DNA of 64,000 nucleotides from Trypanosoma brucei (Eukaryota): NCBI GenBank assembly GCA_000002445.1, contig CP000070.1, positions 1,600,001 to 1,664,000 of the forward strand, read 5' to 3'. Shown piece by piece: positions 23,569 to 36,300 of this stretch (position 1 is its first letter; each line of letters starts with the position of its first letter). The notes under the pieces were generated by a model. It saw only the letters and a program-made list of their open reading frames with translations, ran no database searches and was not told where the DNA came from. The position numbers and the translations under genes were made by a program.

Positions 23569-25747
23569 GGCATCGACCACTGGTGTGCACATAAATGTCC
23601 CTTCCCTGAAAAGGTCCAAGGGGAATGCGCTAGACAAAAGGAAGAAGTCTCACGTATTGAAAAAGGTGGAAGTAAGGAAATCAGATTACCAGGTTTGGAG
23701 AGATGGCCATGTGGGGTCACGCACCTTCTCTGGCGCAGAAATGATAATCTTCGAAAATACGGAAAAATATAGAAGCAAGTGAGCGCCGGAATAATAGCTT
23801 GTGTCCATCGCGTAGGGGCGGTGCCGACAGAAATGGAGTTGAGTACGCTACGGGAAATAGAGGACAAGCCCCTTGTCGTAGAAGAAGGTAGGGGTATTTA
23901 GGGCTCATGCCACCATCGCTTTCCCATATGGCGGGCCGAACTAGAACGGAGGATGGGCTTTTAGGTTGTATATAGAGGGTGGTGCTCACGTGTCAAAAGA
24001 AGTGTGGCAATTTCGAGGTAATCTATGTTTTCCCACCGCGATATTGAGAGGGGGGGAGGAGATGAGATAGAGGATCAAATTTCGGGCGAAGGAAGCGACC
24101 TCCGACAGGCACACTTGGCTTGAACCGTGGATGTTTGGGCGGGTGCCACGAGGAGGGTGCGCGAAGAACACACCGGCATCGAGGCCGGATTAGTACGAGC
24201 GTGCGGGGGAGAAGTCTTTTCGGTGGCGTTGGACCGGCACCAAAGACGCAATGCACCGAAATGGGGTAAATTATCCTTTCGCAGTTCTACAATGGAATCC
24301 CCAAACACCGCAGACGGCTCCAGAGCGCTCCCCCAGCAAGAGTAGTAGCGAGCGCAGACGGTGAGATTACGAGAATAAGGTCAGAAGCTAGAAAGGGATG
24401 AACCAAACGTACTGACGCCCCGCGAGGCATTCACAGCACCCCCGCCCCCGAATTTGGGACGAGGAGAGTTAACAATCCAGTGATACGCTCGGAGTAAGAG
24501 CCCCTCCCCTCCGGTGTTGCGGCATGGTAAAACTCACCGAATAAGTATGGATGCAATCCGAAAACGGAATCGAAATATAGAGGAACGCGCAATAACATCA
24601 GCGCGTGCCCGGGTTCGCCCATTATTTTCGTGGGGAAAGAAAAGTTGAAAAGATAACAAAGCCGGAGCGCAAGGGGGCAGCGAGAGCGGAACGACTGCGA
24701 ATTGGCCGCGCAAACGCTAAAAAATACAACCAAGCGATCGCCCGAGGCTCGCGGGTCAAGGACCGACGACGACATTTGTGTCCCCTGCCCTCTACTCCAG
24801 AAGGATTTGAAGCTAAGGGCATCTCTTCGAGGCGCTCTGAAACATCGGGAAATACTGGACGTCATTGCTTTCCAAGCGGCAGGTAGTGAGACATGGGCCG
24901 TCTCTGTGGCCCACCGCTGTGCGGGGAGAAGATGCCTTAGGCGCGACCTGCTTTCGTAAGGTCGGTTTGGAGGTGGGCCCATGGCTGCCGTTGAGTTCGA
25001 ACAAGAGATTTGCTGTTGGAATCAAAGGGTCTTTTGTGAGGGGGATGAAAAGGGTGGGGACACACGGAAACCGGTTCCCTGGTCAAAGTGGTGAGGCTTG
25101 CGTGGGACTTTCGAAAGGGGCAGAAATATAAAATGACTGCGTAGGGAAACACCGCCAGACGAAGGCCAAAAGGGAGAACCTGCGGGGGGTGCTACCCCAC
25201 CGCCTCAGGTTTAGAGCGTGGTGAAGGGCTGAGCCCTCAGTATAGCACACATGCTGCTGCGGAGATTTTGGCAAAGATCAAGACGGTTTCGTTGCCAGCT
25301 GGTCCCTTAGGCACCTGTCCCCTTTCTTTCCCACAGCAAGTAGTCAGAAGAATTACAACGTCAGTGGGCCGCGTCACGAAGCGAAAAGAAGAGCAGAAGA
25401 ATAGAGTAAGAAATAAGGAAAACTTGGTAACCCGCAGGGGCTGTATCAGGCGCAGGTGGTGCACGTGACGCGCACAGGGCACAGAGAACTCACAGTGAGC
25501 GATATTCACGCACTAGCCACATCCACCCAACGTGAAGTAAAGCAACTTGTCCCGAAAATTCGCTTGCTAAACAAAAACACGCGCAACTATGCATAGCAAC
25601 GGATAGAATAGTTCATAAAGTGTAAGCAAAAGTCAAAAACACTCACCGTCACTCCTATATATTACCGTACACACGCCACTTTGCCGTCACCCACAAAACC
25701 ACTAAATAAATAAAACGACACAACATACCCTAACAAAAATGTAACAC
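23569..25747. repeat. Right arm of the 2,179-bp inverted repeat (reverse complement of 18593-20771); spacer is 20772-23568
   Basis: As for the left arm. Arms are of equal length, with identical translated ORFs where checked. Confidence 0.85.
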
Positions 25748-26782
25748 ATCATATAAAAATTAAAAATGTATGATAATATTATACTTCTTCGCTGCAGGCA
25801 TTACTCAAAAAAGCTTCAGTAAACATCACGACCCATCACACTTTCACCGCTTTCGCTGCCCTCAGTATACTGCTCTCATCCACCACATATTCACCTAGAG
25901 GCCCTCACACGGTGACCGTTGGCCCCGCTATCTAAACCGATTTGTGTGCCATATCCCTCATTCCTAGTGCCTTCACCATTGGTGTCTACATTACTGGTGT
26001 TGTCAATCCCGTTAGATTCGTCTCCGCCTGTACCCACAGCCGTTGTCCCCCGATCGGTACTCAGCAACGGACTGCAAGCACTGAGGTTAGCAGAAACATC
26101 AAATACAATCTACCCACAATTACTATCCAACATATGACTGGCTTCACATCAGTGAAAACAGTGACAAACTATGATATCACATTGGGCGACTAACAGAATC
26201 AGAGGGTGAAAACGAAATGAAGAAATCAATCGAAACATGGAAGTTAACACCTAAGCAGAGGAACTTAGAGCCTACAATAAACAGAGAATCCCACAACACA
26301 CACCCCAACAAACAGGCAAAACAGTAATGGGGCACACGGAAAAGAAACGAAGCAACCTGCACGATATTAGGTGACAACAATCCAATAAGCCAACAGTGCT
26401 TCGGATCGTATACTGCCCACCCACACATACAAACACTCCTGGACTAACGAGAGGGAAAGGTAAGTGACCGGGAGCTGTTTGCCGGACATGCAAAGATAGT
26501 TTAAAAGACGCAGGTAAGTGGCATCGGCTTACAACAAGAGGGTAGCAGTATATCAATGATGAAAGAAAATATTAAGCAAAGTTCACGCGGACGCTCGTGT
26601 TAACTATCAATGCGTGAAACGCAACACGAAAATGAAAGCAAGCTACGCTGAGGTAACAATAATCTACATGGACATCAAAGAAAAAACATAAGTGTAAGAT
26701 GGCACGCACCCGCACATGCATTGTAAGAAGTAACATCTTCCAAGTACATTGCCGCGAGCTGCCTCAGCAACATCAGGAGAGG

Positions 26783-29700
26783 CTAGAGGTCACCCTTCAG
26801 CACCGTAGCCTCTACTGTGCTCCGCCGTGACAGGGCCTCAGACGCATCGGAGCTTGCTACAATACCAACCGACGCCAAATCACCGTTATCGCCAGGGTAA
26901 TTGGACCTTGATAGCAAAGGCGAACGCAAAACTTCAATACCAAGCAACGAAGGTTGGACCCCACCCATTAAAATAGTCGAAGAATTTAGGGAGTTATGTC
27001 CCACACGAAAGTCCGCCACGCGCCCAACCCTTACCGCTATACGGCAAACCACTTCCCGGCAGTAGGCCTCAGACCATCCGCTGTTCTTGCGCAACAATGA
27101 CACACGCCACCGTTCGCACAGAGGTAACAGCAGATTCTGCCGCTGGGCTGGTGCGAACACACCGAGCAGCGAATTCAGGGATATGGCAACCTGCCTGGCA
27201 GAATCAGTTAACCCAGCATGTAGAGAACTCACCTCACTCAACGAGGGGTCCGCAACCTCATCGTCCAATCCAGGGCCATCGCGGTCCAGCCTCAGTGCAG
27301 CAAAAGTGCGACCGGGAATTGGGTTCAGCTGGTACATCTCCACAGGATTGGGAACACCGCGTAACGTTACAGGGCCCAGTGCAGTTACATCAAACTGCTC
27401 ACGCTCTACCACACTCAGCGACATGTAGGTCGCACGTGTCATCAGCACTTGCCCGCCGTTCGCAACACTCTCTGTCCTTGCTGCCATATTCGCTGTCCGT
27501 CCATAGTAGTCATATCCCTTCGTCACCTCATCGTACCGGATGTCGCACAGTCCAGTGTGGATCCCAACACGCACACGCAGGCCACGCCATAGTCGGCCGT
27601 ACACCTCACGGTCCAGATGTGCCGTCGGCGGAGTGTACCCTTCCTCTTCCTCGGCGCGCTGCAGTTCAAACTCACGGTATGACTCATCCAACGCAGCTGT
27701 CCCCCAATTGTGGTGCAAAAAGTTATGCTGCAAGTCACAAGCTAGACGCACAGCCGCAGAGGGGCTCCGGCACGCAATCATGAAGGAGTCCCCGACAGTC
27801 TTCACCTCGTAGCACCTGTAGTGCATAATCAACGCACGAATTAGCCGATGATGTGTCGCTACAGCGTCCGGCATCATCTCTGGGTGCGCCGCCCACTGTG
27901 CAGTACTGCTTTCGATATCTGTGAAGATGAGCGTCACGGGATCCGTTGGTTCCTTCGGTGCATTTGCGTTATCACGCGCATCCGCAAAATACCGACACAA
28001 TACGACAACGATCACCACTACTAGAAGCAAAAAAAACAAAACGGCGCCCACACAAACACCAATCAACCGTGCCCCCGTCAGTCTCCCAGCGTCACGGTCC
28101 TCATACTGCAGCAGTTGAGAGATTGGTTCGGCAATCGGTGGGACCGACGGATCCAGTGCACGTGCCATTGACCACACAGCAATACCTGTCGCACCGTAGT
28201 TTGTTAAACAGTCATTCCACAGACCCACCTCCACCTTGCCGCATCCCTCTGTGCCATACGGGCCGTAGCGCATGTCATCAGCTCGCAAATAAGTCTCCGA
28301 AAAAAAGAGATTCGACAGGGTATCTGCGTCCACCTTCTTTAATTGCGGGAGAACCGTCCGCAGCAAGTTTCCGGCAGCAAACCCCATTAACGACAGTGGT
28401 GTCCACTTCGACTTATCCTTCATAGCATTGTGAAACTTTTTCACAGTATCCGACGACGGGTTCCCATCAGCCCAGTGTGGAAGGTTTGTCGCGAACAGCA
28501 AACGGTTACTACTCGAGCTTCCAGGACCCTTATCCCTAAACACACGGACAAACGTCTGGTAGTATAATGCCACCTCAGTAAAAGGGACGTAAACGAATAG
28601 CTTGGGGTTGGCGCTGAGGTGCTTCGCAATCACCTCGACGTCGTCCTGTTTGAGGCCTATGACAAACACGTCACCCTCGCGGGGAAGATAGCCTGTGACA
28701 GAGACTGTCCCATTCAGCATTACCAAAGACTGAGGTTCCTGATAAAACCGACTCAGCGACATATTAACCACCTTTTCAATTCTATTTGATTCGGAGCTGC
28801 TGATGACAGAGTGCACCCCTATTGAGCCCTTCTCTCCCAAATACTTGGCGATCACAAACAGTTGCTGCTCCAGTGTGGCAGAGAGGTATATCACACGTTT
28901 GTTAGGTGTTCGGAGGCGAGGAACAAGAAGCACCGGATCAACAACAACGAAGGTCGATGTGCTCAGTAACGCTTCATCCGTAACGCCCATGACAACGGTC
29001 ACAAGCTTTTCCTCCTCCTCACGTTTTAAACGCTTCCAAATGGTGCCTGAGCTTGTGTTGATCCTGTGCAAGAAGAATCTATCGTAATCTCCGAGATCCC
29101 CAGTGCCCACAAGGAGACTCGCACCTCCATGCCACTCCTCGGCCGCGTTCAGTGACAATTGACTGTTATCCATAAACGTGGCAACAGCTGCCAGCGGGGC
29201 ATGAAGCCGGGACCCGTCCGTATCGCATCGAGATGTTCCCAACGCCATGAAACCACTCTTTACACTCTCCAGCCGAAAGCCCTCCACGAGCCTTTTCATG
29301 TATACTGCCTTACCACCCTGGTTACATTGACACGAAGCACCTAGTGCAGCGACATTATCGGGGCAATCACCACCATAATCTCCATACACAAGATCATCAA
29401 TTACGTAACGCCGTTGATTGTACAGAGACTTTTTGAACGTTGAACGGTTCTTCAGCCACTCACGGGAGCTCAGCGCCCGCGACAGCATTTCACCGATAAT
29501 CCACCCATACACCATCAGCTCACCATCATCATCATCCGTCAGATGACGATCAGACCTACCATAAAGTGATGCTCCGGAATGAGAAGCAAGGTACGCTTTC
29601 ATCTCCTTCTGAAAACGTTGGATCGCTTGATACTCATTATCCTTGGCGAGTGGGTTCGTTCCCGTGGTGATCACTTCCCCATGAGAATATCCACCACCCC

Positions 29701-30586
29701 GACCATATGTAGCATTTAAGGTTTCGACAACAAAATACTGTAGCGCAAAGGGAGAAAGTATACACGCACCAGATGTACGCTTGTCCTCTAGAAATTTCAG
29801 TAGAGCCTTTTTACCGTCATCTACGGGATACACGTACAGTATAACAGCCTGCGGATTCGTTGCCGCAAACTGATCCCACTCCCTTTGAAAACCTTCGCTG
29901 CTTGCAGATGCTTCCGTCGAGCTTTTCAGAGCGAATGTGCCACAAAGCCCATAGCCCATCCTAGCCATCGCCTGAACCACAAGTTGGTACTCAGTGTCAC
30001 CGAAAAATACGCCTTTTAAATACATAAATCCCAGACACCGTACACGCAGATGGGCAAGGGCATAACGCAGGAGGGCTAATGTCTCAGCGAGTGGATCCAC
30101 CGAGATAAAGTACAAGTTGGGCCGCCACCCTCTAACCGCACCAGAGCCTGTGTACGGAGCGAAACCGATAACCTCATTTTTCGTCAGTAAATCGAGTGAT
30201 TCCAAAACAGTTTTGTCACCAAGGGGTCCCAACACAACAAGAATCTTCTTCAGGTCACTGAATTCTTTTAATTTTTGTTCTAATGCTTCATTGACATTTT
30301 GCTCGGAAGTGGCAGGCGCAGAGAAACTAACAGTCACTCCCGGCTCGGTTATATTCTCACGGGCGTGAAATGAAGCAAGCACACCAGTATTAAGAGCCTT
30401 TACGGTGCCGTTGGATACAACACTTTTATGTAGAAGCGAAAATACCTCCACATTTATTTCTTCTTCAGCATTATCGCACAATACCATGGGTGCTTGCATA
30501 ACCTGCAGTATCACCGCAAGCAGAAACAGTTGCGCCACAGTGCCACACGGGACGCCACGAGGTCCCCAAACTGCTCTGTGAGGCAT
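26783..30586 (-). CDS. GRESAG4: Receptor-type adenylate cyclase, ESAG4/GRESAG4 family (1267 aa), array copy 1
   Basis: Seen in sequence: N-terminal signal peptide, ~860-aa extracellular domain, one TM helix (LIGVCVGAVLFFLLLVVVIVVVLC), then a class III nucleotide-cyclase catalytic domain (TLIFTDIESSTAQWAAHPEMM…KTVGDSFMIACRSP…). This architecture and motif set are characteristic of trypanosome receptor adenylate cyclases. Confidence 0.92.
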   Translation of the reverse strand: MPHRAVWGPRGVPCGTVAQLFLLAVILQVMQAPMVLCDNAEEEINVEVFSLLHKSVVSNGTVKALNTGVLASFHARENITEPGVTVSFSAPATSEQNVNEALEQKLKEFSDLKKILVVLGPLGDKTVLESLDLLTKNEVIGFAPYTGSGAVRGWRPNLYFISVDPLAETLALLRYALAHLRVRCLGFMYLKGVFFGDTEYQLVVQAMARMGYGLCGTFALKSSTEASASSEGFQREWDQFAATNPQAVILYVYPVDDGKKALLKFLEDKRTSGACILSPFALQYFVVETLNATYGRGGGYSHGEVITTGTNPLAKDNEYQAIQRFQKEMKAYLASHSGASLYGRSDRHLTDDDDGELMVYGWIIGEMLSRALSSREWLKNRSTFKKSLYNQRRYVIDDLVYGDYGGDCPDNVAALGASCQCNQGGKAVYMKRLVEGFRLESVKSGFMALGTSRCDTDGSRLHAPLAAVATFMDNSQLSLNAAEEWHGGASLLVGTGDLGDYDRFFLHRINTSSGTIWKRLKREEEEKLVTVVMGVTDEALLSTSTFVVVDPVLLVPRLRTPNKRVIYLSATLEQQLFVIAKYLGEKGSIGVHSVISSSESNRIEKVVNMSLSRFYQEPQSLVMLNGTVSVTGYLPREGDVFVIGLKQDDVEVIAKHLSANPKLFVYVPFTEVALYYQTFVRVFRDKGPGSSSSNRLLFATNLPHWADGNPSSDTVKKFHNAMKDKSKWTPLSLMGFAAGNLLRTVLPQLKKVDADTLSNLFFSETYLRADDMRYGPYGTEGCGKVEVGLWNDCLTNYGATGIAVWSMARALDPSVPPIAEPISQLLQYEDRDAGRLTGARLIGVCVGAVLFFLLLVVVIVVVLCRYFADARDNANAPKEPTDPVTLIFTDIESSTAQWAAHPEMMPDAVATHHRLIRALIMHYRCYEVKTVGDSFMIACRSPSAAVRLACDLQHNFLHHNWGTAALDESYREFELQRAEEEEGYTPPTAHLDREVYGRLWRGLRVRVGIHTGLCDIRYDEVTKGYDYYGRTANMAARTESVANGGQVLMTRATYMSLSVVEREQFDVTALGPVTLRGVPNPVEMYQLNPIPGRTFAALRLDRDGPGLDDEVADPSLSEVSSLHAGLTDSARQVAISLNSLLGVFAPAQRQNLLLPLCERWRVSLLRKNSGWSEAYCREVVCRIAVRVGRVADFRVGHNSLNSSTILMGGVQPSLLGIEVLRSPLLSRSNYPGDNGDLASVGIVASSDASEALSRRSTVEATVLKGDL

Positions 30587-30699
30587 ACCACGCGAGCTTA
30601 AGCCGCAGACGCAGATACCTTAGTTAACAAGGGAGTAAAATAAAATTGGGAGGAAAAACAATTAAAGGCTACTTTGTTCCACAGTGTTCGAGCAACAGC

Positions 30700-30740
30700 A
30701 ATGCACACGAAAGCAAAAGGAAGGGAGGATAGCATGGCAC
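30700..30740 (-). promoter_or_regulatory. Putative polypyrimidine tract / trans-splice acceptor region upstream of GRESAG4 copy 1; conserved in every unit
   Basis: The plus strand is purine-rich (gaaagcaaaaggaagggaggatag), so the minus strand is C/T-rich ~120-150 nt upstream of the ATG. Confidence 0.3.
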
Positions 30741-33332
30741 CAGTATGGAGTATGCCAAATGAAGAGATACACGCCAACTTAGAGAATAGTAGGATACATG
30801 GCATGGTATAGTCGGAGTCAAGGGGAAAGCACAGCACGACACAGACTCGACGCCACACGTCACTCAGCTTGCTAGCACCCTTACACGAAAAGGTCGCCTT
30901 ACCTGCACCATCCGGTATAATAACTGGCACACCAAATGATGCTTTCAGTTTTACCGCGCCGTCTAAATCGCGCGGTGTGTGGCGGCATACCTCCAGACCT
31001 TCACCCTTCCTAATACGCTCACCTGCACTCCACCCATAGGAGAGGCGTGTACGGATAACCTCCAAGTCAGCTACAATGGATGTGTCTTGCCAGAGAAATC
31101 ACACCTATCCATATTGCCACGGTATTCACTCAGCCTATCCAACCACTCTCTCTTAGGGCAATTTGCACAATAATACTTCTCGAGGCCCCGTGTAATGTCG
31201 CGCGCTTGGTCGCCAGCCTAAGGTCGCGCTCTATTACAAGCCTGTGCCAAGTTATCAAGGGATATCAATCGAACCTCCTTCGGCACACCGCTCCTGTTAG
31301 TACCAGAGGGCACACACATACATTATGATATTGGCTCCTCGACTCAGTAGCTTCGCCATCGTATTTATGCCGGGTAGGCAGGTAGAGAACCACCGGTATT
31401 CTGTTCCGTAGCACATCTTTGCCTGCACCAGTCTGAGGAAGAACGCCCGAAGCCACTCCTTTCTCGCGCCCCACTGCAACGAGGATAACATGCGCGGCTT
31501 CAGCAGCCACAATCTGACAGCCGCCGCCTTACCTTCAACACGTTTCGGAGATGACCCCCACAGGTTACAAACTGACGCCTGGTAGTTTCGGTCTCCTCAT
31601 CTTCCTTACCTTCGTTTCAGACACTGTGAAACTCAGTGAGCCTCGCACCAACACATCGTACAATGTGTATCCTCTCTGTTCGTCTGCCGACCCACGCGAA
31701 GCAGCCCTTCGACTGTCGACTAACGAGACCCCACCCATCATAAAGAATCCAACGAAACTGAGAGATATCCGCCTTCCAGCAAAGTATCGGCATATCCTCC
31801 GCAAAGCGGTAGTACTGGATGCCTGACATTCTATTCAAAGACTTGCTTGGTCGACCCGTTGTCATTATGAACAGAATAGGAACTAACACAGGACTATGTA
31901 CTACACCACATGTTAGTCCAGCACTCCTAGGCCACTTGTTGGTTACCCCAACACCCCCTGTTCGGTTGGACACAAACCTACTGATCTATCTTGTGACGTG
32001 CAACCTAACGGAATACCCTTCGGCTGCGGGGGCGATGCGGCTACCGCACACAAAGCCAATTACATGAGCATGATCTATGGACAATATTGCAATGCACAAC
32101 AATATTTTTACTGCACTTTCGGTTCCAACCAGTTGTCTCCCGAAGTTCATCGCTGAAAGCTCTGGGTTGAACACAACATACCTCACCTATAACTTCTTAT
32201 TCAATTAATCAAGAAGCCGTCTACTAATAACCCTCTTCATCTACCCCGCACATCGCGCTCATCAATGATACCGGAATAACATCACGTCAACACGTGATTT
32301 GTTGGCCCAAGAAAGGGTATGATAATGTTATGCTTCTTCGCTGCAGGCATTACTCAAAAAAGCTTCAGTAAACATCACGACCCATCACACTTTCACCGCT
32401 TTCGCTGCCCTCAGTATACTGCTCTCATCCACCACATATTCACCTAGAGGCCCTCACACGGTGACCGTTGGCCCCGCTATCTAAACCGATTTGTGTGCCA
32501 TATCCCTCATTCCTAGTGCCTTCACCATTGGTGTCTACATTACTGGTGTTGTCAATCCCGTTAGATTCGTCTCCACCTGTACCCACAGCCGTTGTCCCCC
32601 GATCGGTACTCAGCAACGGACTGCAAGCACTGAGGTTAGCAGAAACATCAAATACAATCTACCCACAATTACTATCCAACATATGACTGGCTTCACATCA
32701 GTGAAAACAGTGACAAACTATGATATCACATTGGGCGACTAACAGAATCAGAGGGTGAAAACGAAATGAAGAAATCAATCGAAACATGGAAGTTAACACC
32801 TAAGCAGAGGAACTTAGAGCCTACAATAAACAGAGAATCCCACAACACACACCCCAACAAACAGGCAAAACAGTAATGGGGCACACGGAAAAGAAACGAA
32901 GCAACCTGCACGATATTAGGTGACAACAATCCAATAAGCCAACAGTGCTTCGGATCGTATACTGCCCACCCACACATACAAACACTCCTGGACTAACGAG
33001 AGGGAAAGGTAAGTGACCGGGAGCTGTTTGCCGGGCATGTGACATTAACGAAACGCACTGTTAGTCAGTAGTGTCGGTTTACAACAAGAGGGTAGCAGTA
33101 TATCAATGATGAAAGAAAATATTAAGTAAAGTTCAGGGAGAAATTCGTGTTAACTATCAATGCGTGAAACGCAACACGAAAATGAAAGCAAGCTACGCTG
33201 AGGTAACAATAATCTACATGGACATCAAAGAAAAAACATAAGTGTAAGATGGCACGCACCCGCACATGCATTGTAAGAAGTAACATCTTCCAAGTACATT
33301 GCCGCGAGCTGCCTCAGCAACATCAGGAGAGG

Positions 33333-36300
33333 CTAGAGGTCACCCTTCAGCGACGTAACCTCTACTGTGCTCCGCCGTGACAGGGCCTCAGACGCATCGG
33401 AGCTTGCTACAATACCAACCGACGCCAAATCACCGTTATCGCCAGGGTAATTGGATCTTGATAGCAAAGGCGAACGCAAATTTGCAATTCCAGCCAACGA
33501 AGGTTGGAGCACACACACACTGTCAGAAGTAGTTGACAAGTCCATGGAGGTACGTTTCCCCTTATGGTCTGTTATGTGGCCAACTTTCGCCGCTATACGG
33601 TGAACCGTGTCCCGGCAGTAGGCCTCAGACCATCCGCTGTTCTTGCGCAACAATGACACACGCCACCGTTCGCACAGAGGTAACAGCAGATTCTGCCGCT
33701 GGGCTGGTGCGAACACACCGAGCAGCGAATTCAGAGACGTTGCAACCTGCCTGGCAGAATCAGTTAACCCAGCACAAAGCGAACTCACCTCACTCAACGA
33801 GGGGCTCGAACCCTCATCGTCCAATCCAGGGCCATCGCGGTCCAGCCTCAGTGCAGCAAAAGTGCGACCGGGAATTGGGTTCAGCTGGTACATCTCCACA
33901 GGATTGGGAACACCGCGTAACGTTACAGGGCCCAGTGCAGTTACATCAAACTGCTCACGCTCTACCACACTCAGCGACATGTAGGTCGCACGTGTCATCA
34001 GCACTTGCCCGCCGTTCGCAACACTCTCTGTCCTTGCTGCCATATTCGCTGTCCGTCCATAGTAGTCATATCCCTTCGTCACCTCATCGTACCGGATGTC
34101 GCACAGTCCAGTGTGGATCCCAACACGCACACGCAGGCCACGCCATAGTCGGCCGTACACCTCACGGTCCAGATGTGCCGTCGGCGGAGTGTACCCTTCC
34201 TCTTCCTCGGCGCGCTGCAGTTCAAACTCACGGTATGACTCATCCAACGCAGCTGTCCCCCAATTGTGGTGCAAAAAGTTATGCTGCAAGTCACAAGCTA
34301 GACGCACAGCCGCAGAGGGGCTCCGGCACGCAATCATGAAGGAGTCCCCGACAGTCTTCACCTCGTAGCACCTGTAGTGCATAATCAACGCACGAATTAG
34401 CCGATGATGTGTCGCTACAGCGTCCGGCATCATCTCTGGGTGCGCCGCCCACTGTGCAGTACTGCTTTCGATATCTGTGAAGATGAGCGTCACGGGATCC
34501 GTTGGTTCCTTCGGTGCATTTGCGTTATCACGCGCATCCGCAAAATACCGACACAATACGACAACGATCACCACTACTAGAAGCAAAAAAAACAAAACGG
34601 CGCCCACACAAACACCAATCAACCGTGCCCCCGTCAGTCTCCCAGCGTCACGGTCCTCATACTGCAGCAGTTGAGAGATTGGTTCGGCAATCGGTGGGAC
34701 CGACGGATCCAGTGCACGTGCCATTGACCACACAGCAATACCTGTCGCACCGTAGTTTGTCACGCAGTCATTCCACAGACCCACCTCCACCTTGCCGCAT
34801 CCCTCTGTGCCATACGGGCCGTAGCGCATGTCATCAGCTCGCAAATAAGTCTCCGAAAAAAAGAGATTCGACAGAGTATCTGCGTCCACCTTCTTTAATT
34901 GCGGGAGAACCGTCCGCAGCAAGTTTCCGGCAGCAAACCCCATTAACGACAGTGGTGTCCACTTCGACTTATCCTTCATAGCATTGTGAAACTTTTTCAC
35001 AGTATCCGACGACGGGTTCGCATCAGCCCAGTGTGGAAGGTTTGTCGCGAACAGCAAACGGTTACTACTCGAGCTTCCAGGACCCTTATCCCTAAACACA
35101 CGGACAAACGTCTGGTAGTATAATGCCACCTCAGTAAAAGGGACGTAAACGAATAGCTTGGGGTTGGCGCTGAGGTGCTTCGCAATCACCTCGACGTCGT
35201 CCTGTTTGAGGCCTATGACAAACACGTCACCCTCGCGGGGAAGATAGCCTGTGACAGAGACGCTGGTTGTCAGTCTCACAGAACTATTGAGACCTCCTTC
35301 AAACCGCTGCAACACCAAATGTAAAAATCGATTAATATAATATGACTCGGAGCTGCTGATGACAGAGTGCACCCCTATTGAGCCCTTCTCTCCCAAATAC
35401 TTGGCGATCACAAACAGTTGCTGCTCCAGTGTGGCAGAGAGGTATATCACACGTTTGTTAGGTGTTCGGAGGCGAGGAACAAGAAGCACCGGATCAACAA
35501 CAACGAAGGTCGATGTGCTCAGTAACGCTTCATCCGTAACGCCCATGACAGCGGTCACAAGCTTTTCCTCCTCCTCACGTTTTAAACGCTTCCAAATGGT
35601 GCCTGAGCTTGTGTTGATCCTGTGCAAGAAGAATCTATCGTAATCTCCGAGATCCCCAGTGCCCACAAGGAGACTCGCACCTCCATGCCACTCCTCGGCC
35701 GCGTTCAGTGACAATTGACTGTTATCCATAAACGTGGCAACAGCTGCCAGCGGGGCATGAAGCCGGGACCCGTCCGTATCGCATCGAGATGTTCCCAACG
35801 CCATGAAACCACTCTTTACACTCTCCAGCCGAAAGCCCTCCACGAGCCTTTTCATGTATACTGCCTTACCACCCTGGTTACATTGACACGAAGCACCTAG
35901 TGCAGCGACATTATCGGGGCAATCACCACCATAATCTCCATACACAAGATCATCAATTACGTAACGCCGTTGATTGTACAGAGACTTTTTGAACGTTGAA
36001 CGGTTCTTCAGCCACTCACGGGAGCTCAGCGCCCGCGACAGCATTTCACCGATAATCCACCCATACACCATCAGCTCACCATCATCATCATCCGTCAGAT
36101 GACGATCAGACCTACCATAAAGTGATGCTCCGGAATGAGAAGCAAGGTACGCTTTCATCTCCTTCTGAAAACGTTGGATCGCTTGATACTCATTATCCTT
36201 GGCGAGTGGGTTCGTTCCCGTGGTGATCACCTGGCCATCAAAGTTACGAAACCCCTCATAATATTTCTTTTTAAATGTTTCGACAACAAAATACTGTATT

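Noticed and set aside
17591..26782. Search for tRNA, SL RNA, snRNA or rRNA genes in the strand-switch region
   Set aside because: No cloverleaf-compatible segments with GTTCGA/T-loop and A-box consensus were found by eye. This cannot be fully excluded without tRNAscan or Infernal.
30598..31065. 155-aa minus-strand ORF ending 12 nt upstream of the GRESAG4 ATG (also 37325-37660, 43785-44219, 50433-50768)
   Set aside because: It spans the predicted polypyrimidine/trans-splice region and 5' UTR of the cyclase. Its start position varies between units, and composition is not convincing. Most likely a chance uORF-like frame, though it is mentioned in the intergenic-module finding.
33533..34339. Long antisense ORFs (268 aa, 228 aa, 159 aa, etc.) on the + strand inside every GRESAG4 coding region
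   Set aside because: They sit exactly opposite the highly constrained cyclase catalytic domain. They have Ser/Arg/Pro/His-rich low-complexity composition and recur only because the gene is repeated. This is a stop-poor antisense frame produced by codon bias, not a gene.
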